Assembly: GCA_964361655.1 (NCBI GenBank)
Contig: CAYIBD010000004.1
Location: forward strand, 1-32,463
DNA from: an uncultured Candidatus Saccharibacteria bacterium
GTDB lineage: Bacteria > Patescibacteriota > Minisyncoccia > Sungbacterales > SURF-37
Direction of reading: 5' to 3'
DNA: 32,463 bases
The notes under the pieces are model-generated. The model was not told where the DNA came from and searched no databases. It saw only the letters and a list, made by a program, of their open reading frames with translations. The translations under genes were made by a program, and so were the position numbers. This document shows, one piece after another, positions 7,936-18,428 of the stretch (positions are counted from its first letter, which is position 1; each line of letters begins with the position of its first letter).

Positions 7936-8751
7936 TTAGCGTGGAATGAGAACGCGTTTGTCGCTCGCCGCGATGAGCCCTTCGCGAGCCATCTGCCGGA
8001 TGATGGCGCGAAAGGCATCTCGAGCTGTAGTCGGCGTAAGGGCGTGTTGTAACGCATTGATTGACCTTGGTCCATCGTGGACAACAGCGGCGAGGATTTG
8101 ACCGCGGAGCTCGCGCCGCGAGCCGGTAAAAGCCGGCTGCGTGGCATAGCCAGCGCTCCGGCGGTTCGGATTTTCGACGTGTTTCAGCGCAAGCGCCCCA
8201 TAGTCCATGAGCGCCCAGTACCACTGGTGGATAGAGCGGCCGGGAAGGGTGCGCTGGATTTCGTGGAGAATTTCTCGATCCTTCACACGGCGACGGCGCT
8301 TGAAGAAAAAGAGGATGTAGACGCGCCGAATGTTGGTCTCGAGAAACGCGACGCGTTTACGGAATGCAAATACGCCAATAGCCCCCGCCGTGGCCGGACC
8401 AATGCCGGGCAGGCGCCGCAGGACCGCCGGATCGCTCGGGATCTCACCACCATAGTCGCGCACGACCGCCGTGGCCAGCCGCTTGAGGTACACGGCGCGG
8501 CGATTATACCCCATTCCCTGCCAAACGTTCAGGATCTTTGCCAGTGGTGCTCGGGCAAGCGCAGGCATGTCAGGGAAAGCTCTCAAGAACTCTGGATACT
8601 TACGAAGGACGCGGGAAACCTGGGTCTGTTGCAGCATGACCTCGGAGACGAGGATTCTATAGGGATCGCGGGTTTTGCGCCACGGGAGGCCATGCCGGCC
8701 ATGATGTCGGTACCAGGCGCGGATGTGCGTTTGGAATTCGGAAGCGGTCAT
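7936..8751 (-). CDS. mutY: A/G-specific adenine glycosylase (HhH-GPD), short form lacking the 4Fe-4S Cys motif
   Basis: LPWRKTRDPYRILVSEVMLQQTQV, WQGMGYNRRA, LPGIGPATA HhH, ALMDYGA. Confidence 0.92.
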   Translation of the reverse strand: MTASEFQTHIRAWYRHHGRHGLPWRKTRDPYRILVSEVMLQQTQVSRVLRKYPEFLRAFPDMPALARAPLAKILNVWQGMGYNRRAVYLKRLATAVVRDYGGEIPSDPAVLRRLPGIGPATAGAIGVFAFRKRVAFLETNIRRVYILFFFKRRRRVKDREILHEIQRTLPGRSIHQWYWALMDYGALALKHVENPNRRSAGYATQPAFTGSRRELRGQILAAVVHDGPRSINALQHALTPTTARDAFRAIIRQMAREGLIAASDKRVLIPR

Positions 8752-8804
8752 GGTATAGTAGAGCTCGGTACTATCTTTCTCTAAGGCACTCTCACTCTAC
8801 TGGT

Positions 8805-9497
8805 ATGTGGGATAAGAATCAAAAGGCTGCGGTACTGGCGGAGGGCATTGGAACGCTGCTCTTCGTTTTCCTCGGGGCCGGGACAGTGGTCGTCACCGGC
8901 GGGCTCCTGGGTGAACAACTCACCGCGGCTCGGCTCATGGCGATTGCCTTGGCCCATGGCCTGGCCATTACACTCCTCGTGGCGGCCACTGCACGGATCT
9001 CCGGCGGGCACCTCAATCCAGCGGTCACGCTAGCAGCGTTGGTTACCGGCAAGATCCGAATCTCGAACGGTGCTGCGTATATCGCAGCCCAACTCGTTGG
9101 GGCAGCGCTCGGGGCGCTCCTCGTCTCCTGGGTTATCCCCGTGGCGGCCCACGGTAACCTCGGCGCCCATAGCCTTGGCCTCGGCATCTCGATCAACCAA
9201 GGGCTGTTGGCCGAAATCATCCTGACATTCGTCTTGGTGTTCGTGGTGTTTGGAACGGCGATCGACCCCCGTGGCCCGGGGCACCTTGCGCCGATTGCCA
9301 TTGGCTTGGCCGTGCTCGTTGATCACCTCTTCGGCGTTCCGGTCACCGGCGCTTCCATGAACCCGGCCCGGAGCTTTGGGCCGGCGCTGGTTGCCGGGGT
9401 GTGGGCGGGGCATTGGATCTACTGGATCGGTCCGCTCATCGGTGGGGTGCTGGCGGGGCTCGCCTACCAATTCCTCTTCCGACCGCGAGATACCTAG
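8805..9497 (+). CDS. MIP family channel (aquaporin)
   Basis: Two NPA motifs (SGGHLNPAVT, GASMNPARSFGPA), six TM segments, HWIYWIGP. Confidence 0.97.
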   Translation: MWDKNQKAAVLAEGIGTLLFVFLGAGTVVVTGGLLGEQLTAARLMAIALAHGLAITLLVAATARISGGHLNPAVTLAALVTGKIRISNGAAYIAAQLVGAALGALLVSWVIPVAAHGNLGAHSLGLGISINQGLLAEIILTFVLVFVVFGTAIDPRGPGHLAPIAIGLAVLVDHLFGVPVTGASMNPARSFGPALVAGVWAGHWIYWIGPLIGGVLAGLAYQFLFRPRDT

Positions 9498-9571
9498 CTC
9501 CGGCCTGCCGGCGTGGCTTGGCACGGGGATGGAGAGATGTGCAAAACTCGGTTTGGGCGGCCGCCGGCCGG

Positions 9572-9580
9572 TGCTATACT
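9572..9580 (+). promoter_or_regulatory. Extended -10 TGCTATACT
   Basis: Near-consensus element 57 nt upstream of ATG 9637. Confidence 0.55.
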
Positions 9581-9636
9581 GGAGGTGTAATCAAACCTCA
9601 TCCCAAAGGTCGATTAGTTCGTAGGCCTTCATTGCA

Positions 9637-10032
9637 ATGAATCCAAAGCAATTTTTGCAGATCGGCGGTGTGGTGCTCGTCTTGGTCGGCATCCTTGGGT
9701 TCGTCGGAGTCATCGGCCCCACCGCGGAGCGGAGCATCTTCAAGAGCGCGTGGTGGTTTGACAACCCCGAGAACTGGGCCCACCTCGTCTTGGGCATCGT
9801 AGCCCTCATCGCCGCCTACGCCATCGGGCGAAACCTCCAGCGGCCGCTCGTCATGGTCCTCGGGGTAATCGGGGTGCTGGTGGGACTCTACAGTTTGCTC
9901 GTCTCCAACATGTTCCTCGGCGCGAACCTCGAGAACCCGGCCGACTCGCTCCTGCATATTATTGTCGGCGCCTGGGCGCTTTGGGCTTCCTGGAAAAAGG
10001 AGTCAGCGCCGGCCATGGGCGGCGGCATGTAG
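9637..10032 (+). CDS. Four-TM membrane protein, DUF4383-like
   Basis: GVVLVLVGILGF, NWAHLVLG and DSLLHIIVG paired His motifs. Confidence 0.8.
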   Translation: MNPKQFLQIGGVVLVLVGILGFVGVIGPTAERSIFKSAWWFDNPENWAHLVLGIVALIAAYAIGRNLQRPLVMVLGVIGVLVGLYSLLVSNMFLGANLENPADSLLHIIVGAWALWASWKKESAPAMGGGM

Positions 10033-10055
10033 GCAGAGGATTTCTCGGCCCGCAA

Positions 10056-10086
10056 ACGAAACTCCGGCTTCCGGCCGGAGTTTCGT
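10056..10086 (+). terminator. 13-bp stem-loop, probable terminator
   Basis: ACGAAACTCCGGC/GCCGGAGTTTCGT with loop TTCCG, 24 nt after the stop. Confidence 0.7.
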
Positions 10087-10100
10087 GCTATGATGGGAGC

Positions 10101-10562
10101 ATGAAGGCGCTTCTCACCCTCTTCGTCATCGCTGGCCTCGGCTACGGGCTTGTCTACTTCATCCCATCTGAAGCCAAGAAACGGGCACTGGCGTCTCTCG
10201 GGTTAAGCCAATTCTTCGGTGAGACGCTGCCGCACTACCTCCGGGAAAAGTTTCGCATTCCGCCGGATCCAGCCAAGACCCGAAGGAAGCTCTTGGAGGA
10301 TCTTGCTACCACCATCACCTCGATTGAGCGCGAGCTCGAAGGCGTTGTGCCGGTAACGACGAACGGCGAGCCGGCAAAGCTGCCACGAGAAGAGGCGATT
10401 CGAGCCGGCGTGGAAAAATCGCGTGAACTCCTCGCAAAGTCGGAGGATGTGCTCCGCGAGCTGACCGAGGCCAATACCGGCGCTGGCGTGGTTCGCACCT
10501 TCGCCGGCCGGCTGCGCGACAAGGTCTTGCCACCTCCGGCTGAATGTCCAGTACCAGAGTAA
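10101..10562 (+). CDS. Hypothetical membrane-anchored helical protein
   Basis: MKALLTLFVIAGLGYGLVYF signal-anchor; ATG lies 6 nt after TGCTATGAT (10086-10094). Confidence 0.75.
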   Translation: MKALLTLFVIAGLGYGLVYFIPSEAKKRALASLGLSQFFGETLPHYLREKFRIPPDPAKTRRKLLEDLATTITSIERELEGVVPVTTNGEPAKLPREEAIRAGVEKSRELLAKSEDVLRELTEANTGAGVVRTFAGRLRDKVLPPPAECPVPE

Positions 10563-10574
10563 CGGTGAAAATTG

Positions 10575-10610
10575 AAAACAAAAGGAGGTCTAGTATCTGG
10601 TTGACCTCCT
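10575..10610 (-). terminator. Rho-independent terminator after the six-Cys peptide
   Basis: AGGAGGTC/GACCTCCT stem followed on the minus strand by TTTGTTTT. Confidence 0.7.
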
Positions 10611-10628
10611 GCGGCGAGTCGCTCTCCA

Positions 10629-10769
10629 TTAGCGGATGAATACCCGCGCGATCTCGCAGCCGCACTTGCGACTCGTGCAACGAGCGTACTCGTCGTCCTC
10701 GCACCGGGTGCAGGCGCGCCGGCACTCGGGATCAAGGGTCTGGCGGATTTCGTCCTGTCTTGGCAGCAT
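10629..10769 (-). CDS. 46-aa six-cysteine peptide (MLPRQDEIRQTLDPECRRACTRCEDDEYARCTSRKCGCEIARVFIR)
   Basis: AGGAGG SD just upstream of the ATG, downstream terminator, fills an otherwise empty intergenic gap. Confidence 0.65.
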   Translation of the reverse strand: MLPRQDEIRQTLDPECRRACTRCEDDEYARCTSRKCGCEIARVFIR

Positions 10770-10837
10770 CACTCCCCTCCTCTCATGGGCTTCCAGACGG
10801 GTCTTAGATACAGCATGGTTAAATTTGAAAGTCAAAT

Positions 10838-10846
10838 TGTGGATAA
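10838..10846. promoter_or_regulatory. Consensus DnaA box (TGTGGATAA = TTATCCACA)
   Basis: Exact 9-mer match in a divergent intergenic region; single copy. Confidence 0.35.
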
Positions 10847-10847
10847 G

Positions 10848-11693
10848 ATGCTTTTTTACGCCGCCATTTTCTTGCTCGGCCTTCTCCTCGTGGCCTTGTG
10901 GAGCGCCTGGATTACGGTGCGACCGACAAGGATTCGTATTCCCCTCACGCCACAGCACTACCACCTGCCGGCCGAGGAGGTGACGATCAGAACCAGTGAC
11001 GGGTTAGATCTTTCGGCCTGGTTCATCCCCCGCGAGGACCGTGCCGTGGATGCGCCGGTGGTCATCCTCCTCCACGGCTATCCCGCCGAGAAGGGCGATA
11101 TGCTCGGCATAGCGCAAGCACTCCACCCTTACCTGGCAACGTTAGTCATGGACTTACGCTACTTCGGCAAGAGCCAAGGCCGCTTCACGACGCTCGGGCT
11201 ACGCGAGCGGGACGATCTTTCGCGCGCCGTTGACTACCTCGAGGGGCGAGGGTTGCGTCGGATCGGCGTCTTTGGATTTTCCATGGGCGGTGCGGTGGGG
11301 ATGATGGCCGCCGCCGATGATTCCCGCATCCGGGCGGTTGCGACGTACGGCTCGTATTCGGATTTGATCACGCTCGGCCGCGAGGCCTATCGCAATCTCT
11401 GGATCCTGAAGTATCCCCTGGTGGAGATGATGCGCTGGTGGGCCGAGGCCATCCTCGGCGATGACCCAACGGCTATATCGCCGCTCGGGGCAGCCGGAAC
11501 GTTTGGGGTACCGGCGTTGATCACCCACAGCCGCGCCGATGAGCAAATTCCCTTCCACCACGCTGAAGCGTTGCGCCGGGCGCTCGGGACCAATCCGAGA
11601 GCCGAATTCTATTTCTTCGATCAGGGCCGCCATGGAGATCTCCCGGCGGACTACGAGGAGCGGCTCATTTATTTCTTCCTCCGCTCGATCTAG
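10848..11693 (+). CDS. Alpha/beta hydrolase with N-terminal membrane anchor
   Basis: LLHGY, DLRYFGKSQG, GFSMGG nucleophile elbow, HSRADEQIP, GRH. Confidence 0.92.
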   Translation: MLFYAAIFLLGLLLVALWSAWITVRPTRIRIPLTPQHYHLPAEEVTIRTSDGLDLSAWFIPREDRAVDAPVVILLHGYPAEKGDMLGIAQALHPYLATLVMDLRYFGKSQGRFTTLGLRERDDLSRAVDYLEGRGLRRIGVFGFSMGGAVGMMAAADDSRIRAVATYGSYSDLITLGREAYRNLWILKYPLVEMMRWWAEAILGDDPTAISPLGAAGTFGVPALITHSRADEQIPFHHAEALRRALGTNPRAEFYFFDQGRHGDLPADYEERLIYFFLRSI

Positions 11694-11700
11694 GGATGGC

Positions 11701-11744
11701 ATCCAGCCAAAACGCCCACCCTAGGGTGGGCGTTTTGGCTGGAT
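11701..11744. terminator. Perfect 44-bp palindrome between the convergent hydrolase and atp transcripts
   Basis: ATCCAGCCAAAACGCCCACCCT / AGGGTGGGCGTTTTGGCTGGAT, no spacer. Confidence 0.65.
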
Positions 11745-11768
11745 CAGTTTCCGTTGGGATCAAGACGG

Positions 11769-11927
11769 TTAGTGGTTAGCGTGCGGCTTGGTAGCTACAA
11801 GCGAGATGGACTTGATTCCATATTTCACCATCACGTCATCGTGGGTGAGGAATTGGTATTGGGGATTGTCCTTGTGGCGTTCAATCCGTAGGCCGGCCCC
11901 CTCGATTAAGCGGAAATATTCCCAATT
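11769..11927 (-). pseudogene. Start-less remnant resembling the C-terminus of a class I SAM methyltransferase (ArsM-like)
   Basis: Manual translation NWEYFRLIEGAGLRIERHKDNPQYQFLTHDDVMVKYGIKSISLVATKPHANH*, preceded by an in-frame TAA. Family assignment is from memory only. Confidence 0.45.
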
Positions 11928-11939
11928 TTAACACTGACA

Positions 11940-14526
<2,587 letters not shown>

Positions 14527-14553
14527 CTTGTGTCGAGCCACTAGTGGCTAGTG

Positions 14554-16122
14554 CTAATGTATGGCGCCGGTACGTTTGAATGCCTGGATGGCCGCTTTCA
14601 GCTTGCGTTCCACGGCCTCTTCCAGCGTGCCGGTTTTCCGAATCGGCCCCATGATATCTTTTTCGTGCCGCTTCTCGAGGTAATCAATGAGGCCGGCTTC
14701 AAAGCGCTTGACCTCGGCGAGCGGAACATCGTCCATGAAATCGTTTAGCGCCGCAAAGAGCCCTGCGATCTGGCGTTCGAAGGGCATCGGCTCGCCGTCA
14801 ACTTGCTTCAGGACTTCGGTCAGGAGCTCACCCCGCCGGATGCGCTTTTTCGTGGCTTCGTCGAGATCCGAGGCAAACTGCACGAAGGCGGCAAGCTCGC
14901 GGAACTGCGCCAGTTCAAGCCGCAGCCGCCCCGCCACCTGTTTCATGGCCTTGGTTTGGGCCGCGGAGCCAACCCGCGAGACCGAGAGGCCAACATTTAC
15001 CGCTGGCCGGATGCCCTGATAGAAGAGATCGGAAGAAAGGTAGATTTGGCCGTCGGTGATGGAGATAACGTTGGTGGGGATGTAGGAGGCGACGTCGCCG
15101 AGCTTGGTCTCAATGATGGGTATGGCGGTGAGCGAGCCGCCGCCGTTTCCCGTGTTCAACTTTGCGGCCCGTTCCAGGAGCCGCGCGTGGAGGTAGAAGA
15201 TGTCGCCGGGATAGGCCTCGCGGCCGGGCGGACGGCGTAACAGCAGGGCCAGCTCGCGGTAGGCATCGGCGTGCTTGGAGAGGTCGTCGTAGATGACGAG
15301 CGCGTCCCGGCCCTGATCCATGAAGTATTCGCCAATGGCACATCCGGCATAGGGGGCGAGGTACTGGAGGGAGGCCGGGGCCGATGCCGGTGCCGAGACG
15401 ACAATGGTGTAGGCCATGGCACCCCGCTCCGCGAGGAGCTTTACGATTTTTGCAATTTTAGAATTTCTCTGGCCGATGGCAACGTAGATGCAGATGACCC
15501 GCCTTCGCGCCGCACCGTGCGGTGCTTCGGCCGGCCGGGCGGCGTCCTGGTCTTGATTCAAAATTATGTCGAGCGCGAGGGCCGTTTTTCCGGTTTGGCG
15601 GTCACCGATGATGAGCTCGCGCTGCCCACGGCCAATGGGGATCATGCTGTCAATGGCCTTCACGCCGGTGTGGACCGGGGTGTTCACCGATTCTCGGCTA
15701 ACGACCGACGGTGCGACGCGCTCGAGGAAGTAGTCCTTAGCTGCGGCTGGATTTCGGAAGATCACCCCCTTGCCGTCAAGGGGCTCCCCGAGGGGGCTTA
15801 CCACCCGGCCGATCAGCTCCTCCCCTACCCGAATGGAGAGAACGCGGCCGGTTTTTTTCACGCGGTTCCCGGCGGCCACGGCACTGGCATCGCCGAGGAT
15901 GACAGCACCAATGGCGTTCTCCTCAAGATTGAAGGCGAGGGCAGCCACTTCACCCCGATCGGTCTCTACGGCGAGGAGTTCCTGGCTTGCCGCCTCGCGG
16001 AGCCCGGAGATCTTGGCAATGCCGTCGCCGGCCTCGGTGATAATGCCAATCGCGGCCAACGCCGGTTCGTCGCGGAATCCGGCAATTTCTTTTTTCAGTT
16101 TTTCGACGATCTCGTAAGACAT
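14554..16122 (-). CDS. atpA: ATP synthase F1 alpha
   Basis: [31 protein letters not shown]; start placed at ATG 16122. Confidence 0.99.
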   Translation of the reverse strand: MSYEIVEKLKKEIAGFRDEPALAAIGIITEAGDGIAKISGLREAASQELLAVETDRGEVAALAFNLEENAIGAVILGDASAVAAGNRVKKTGRVLSIRVGEELIGRVVSPLGEPLDGKGVIFRNPAAAKDYFLERVAPSVVSRESVNTPVHTGVKAIDSMIPIGRGQRELIIGDRQTGKTALALDIILNQDQDAARPAEAPHGAARRRVICIYVAIGQRNSKIAKIVKLLAERGAMAYTIVVSAPASAPASLQYLAPYAGCAIGEYFMDQGRDALVIYDDLSKHADAYRELALLLRRPPGREAYPGDIFYLHARLLERAAKLNTGNGGGSLTAIPIIETKLGDVASYIPTNVISITDGQIYLSSDLFYQGIRPAVNVGLSVSRVGSAAQTKAMKQVAGRLRLELAQFRELAAFVQFASDLDEATKKRIRRGELLTEVLKQVDGEPMPFERQIAGLFAALNDFMDDVPLAEVKRFEAGLIDYLEKRHEKDIMGPIRKTGTLEEAVERKLKAAIQAFKRTGAIH

Positions 16123-16153
16123 CGTAAGAGACGAGGGACTGGCCACTCGCCAG

Positions 16154-16684
16154 TTAGTGGCTGGCGGAGGCAAACCCCGTTAGATCCTCGCCCTGAAGGG
16201 CGAGGCCTTTGTTTTGATTTGAAGATTCACCCTTTTTATCTCCGGCTGGCCCTGTTAGAAACTCTGTTTCTGACGGGGCTTGAAAGCCGTAGCGTCCAGG
16301 ATCTAACGGGGTAAACATTCTTGCCAGTTTCCGTTGGAGCGAATAATCGAGCTCGCGCTCGCCGTCAATGGTGATTCTGACGCCGGCGATGAGCGCTTGA
16401 CGCTCGGCGCTATCGATGTGATCGCGGCGCCCGAACCGGCGGGTCAGTGTTCCGAGGAGTGGGCGGGGCAGGGGACGCGCGACTTCGATCTCGACCCATC
16501 GGCCGCCGGCCTCTCGGACCAGGAGGCGCTCCACGGCGGCGATTATTTTTTCGGCCTCCTCGAGATCGCCGTTCTTTCGGATAACGGCCCAAAAGCGCTT
16601 CACGAGTAAGCCCTGCCTCTGCCGCGGGGTCTTGGCCAGTGCCTTAAGGAATGCCCGGCTATAATCGTCTGGAGCGTACTTCAT
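16154..16684 (-). CDS. atpH: ATP synthase F1 delta (short type) with a 47-aa element-derived C-terminal insertion
   Basis: [23 protein letters not shown] delta C-terminal motif; position between atpF and atpA. Confidence 0.9.
   Translation of the reverse strand: MKYAPDDYSRAFLKALAKTPRQRQGLLVKRFWAVIRKNGDLEEAEKIIAAVERLLVREAGGRWVEIEVARPLPRPLLGTLTRRFGRRDHIDSAERQALIAGVRITIDGERELDYSLQRKLARMFTPLDPGRYGFQAPSETEFLTGPAGDKKGESSNQNKGLALQGEDLTGFASASH
16174..16312. mobile_element. 139-bp MITE-like element with 15-bp terminal inverted repeats, inserted in atpH
   Basis: ACCCCGTTAGATCCT(16174-16188)/AGGATCTAACGGGGT(16298-16312); AA on both flanks; nested related palindrome at 16249-16279. Confidence 0.85.
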
Positions 16685-17187
16685 AGGGCCCGCTCGCGGA
16701 GTAGCCGCTCCGCCCCCTGGACCAACTTTGCATCTACGTCCTTGGGGTCGGCCGCGACCGCCCGCGAAATGGCGTCCCGGAGGAGAGCTCCGGCGTGGCT
16801 CGAAAGGCGCTCGAGCTCCTCTATTCTTCTTCTCTCGGCCACGGCCGCGGCATCAGCCAGGACCTCCTCCCGCTTCTTTTGCGCCTCGGCCATCATCGCC
16901 TGCGCCCGCACTTTGGCGTCTTTCTCGGCCTCACTGACAATGGCCAGGGCCTCGCGGTCGGCCGCGGCCAGGCGTTCGGATTTCAGGGTCTCTATCTCGC
17001 CGAGCCGCCGTTCGGCCTCTATCGCCCCTTTGAGCCCGAGCTCAATTTTGCGCCGCCGCTCGTCTAAGAGCTTAAGCAGCGGCCGGTAGAGGAAGAGCGT
17101 TAAGAGAATGAGGAGGACAAAAAAATTGACCCCTTGGGTGAGAAGGAGCCGCCAGTCAATGCCCAGTTGCCGGAAGAGATCCTGCAT
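16681..17187 (-). CDS. atpF: ATP synthase Fo subunit b
   Basis: LGIDWRLLLTQGVNFFVLL...YRPLLKLLDERRRKI followed by a coiled coil. Confidence 0.95.
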   Translation of the reverse strand: MQDLFRQLGIDWRLLLTQGVNFFVLLILLTLFLYRPLLKLLDERRRKIELGLKGAIEAERRLGEIETLKSERLAAADREALAIVSEAEKDAKVRAQAMMAEAQKKREEVLADAAAVAERRRIEELERLSSHAGALLRDAISRAVAADPKDVDAKLVQGAERLLRERAL

Positions 17188-17279
17188 GACACGAATTCGC
17201 GAATGGCGCATCCATCACACCAATCCACGGATCACGAAGGTACGGCGTTTAGCGCTCGTGTGGATTCGTGGCGCGGCGG

Positions 17280-17519
<240 letters not shown>

Positions 17520-18302
17520 TTAGGCCTTTTGGTGTTCGACCGATGGCTCGCGGTCATGGCCGAGGACGGCCATAGCCGTGAAGACGAGCGTCAACATGGC
17601 GAAGATTAATGCCTGGATGAAGCCGACGAAAATCTCCAAAAAAAGAAACGGGAGGGGTATGAGGTATGGGACGAGGAAAGTGACGACAACCAAGAGCACC
17701 TCTCCCGCAAACACGTTCCCGAAGAGCCGGAACGAGAACGACACTATCTTAACAAGTTCGGAGATGAATTCAAGGCAGCCGGTGAATAACTCCAGCGGAC
17801 TCCGGACGTTGAAGAATTTCCCGAAGTGCTTGCCCGCACCGATGGCAACGACGCCGAGGAGATTGACGGCCAAGACCGAGATTACGGCAAGAGCGATCGT
17901 GAAGTTGAGATCGGAGGCCGGAGCCCGGAAGAGCGGGATCAGCTGGATTGAACCGTGGCCGATCTCGGGAGCCGGAGGCACGATACCAATGGGGCCGACG
18001 CCGGGAAAGAGGCCGAGCCAGTTCGATGTCAGGACGAAGAGGAATATGGTGGCCACGAGCGGCAGGTATTTCTCGGAGAGCGCACGGCTGCCGAGGACCG
18101 CATCCATAATGCCGAGGGTTCCATCGAGAAACAGTTCCGCCACTGCCTGCAACCGCGCCGGGAGAAGGGCCAACCGCAACCGCAGCAGGAGCGCGCCTGC
18201 GGCCAGCAGCAAAACCGCAACGGTTGATAGCAAAACGGCGTTGGTCACCGGCCAGCCCCCAATGCGGAAGATTTCTTCAGCGCGGATGGAAATTTCGGTC
18301 AT
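17520..18302 (-). CDS. atpB: ATP synthase Fo subunit a
   Basis: NWLGLFPG, SFSFRLFGNVFAGE, GFIQALIF. Confidence 0.98.
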   Translation of the reverse strand: MTEISIRAEEIFRIGGWPVTNAVLLSTVAVLLLAAGALLLRLRLALLPARLQAVAELFLDGTLGIMDAVLGSRALSEKYLPLVATIFLFVLTSNWLGLFPGVGPIGIVPPAPEIGHGSIQLIPLFRAPASDLNFTIALAVISVLAVNLLGVVAIGAGKHFGKFFNVRSPLELFTGCLEFISELVKIVSFSFRLFGNVFAGEVLLVVVTFLVPYLIPLPFLFLEIFVGFIQALIFAMLTLVFTAMAVLGHDREPSVEHQKA

Positions 18303-18428
18303 CGGCCTCCACGCTACCACGTGAGCCCCTGAAATTCAATCCGCCCGCATGCACGGCGACTACACCTATTCTCATATTCTCAAGAATAGTGGGATGGCAA
18401 CGGCTTCGCGGTGGCGAGTGCTGTGGCA

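Noticed and set aside
9581-9632. Two small hairpins and an AAAGGTCGA motif in the 5' UTR of the DUF4383-like gene
   Set aside because: Stems are only 5-6 bp and the motif occurs once here; insufficient support for a regulatory RNA.
10629-10769. Calling the six-Cys peptide a SCIFF precursor or radical SAM enzyme
   Set aside because: Cys spacing differs from SCIFF, no maturase is adjacent, and it is far too short for a radical SAM fold. Kept only as an unassigned peptide.
10800-10850. Replication origin at the DnaA box
   Set aside because: Only one box, a short spacer, and no dnaA/dnaN or DUE repeats nearby.
15271-16314. 347-aa plus-strand ORF antisense to atpA
   Set aside because: Shadow ORF expected from GC-rich codon bias; fully overlaps unambiguous atpA/atpH; no recognisable motifs.
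17578-18324. 248-aa plus-strand ORF antisense to atpB, and similar antisense ORFs over recA, mutY, CAP and DUF763 genes
   Set aside because: Each mirrors a well-supported gene on the other strand and has low-complexity, non-protein-like composition.
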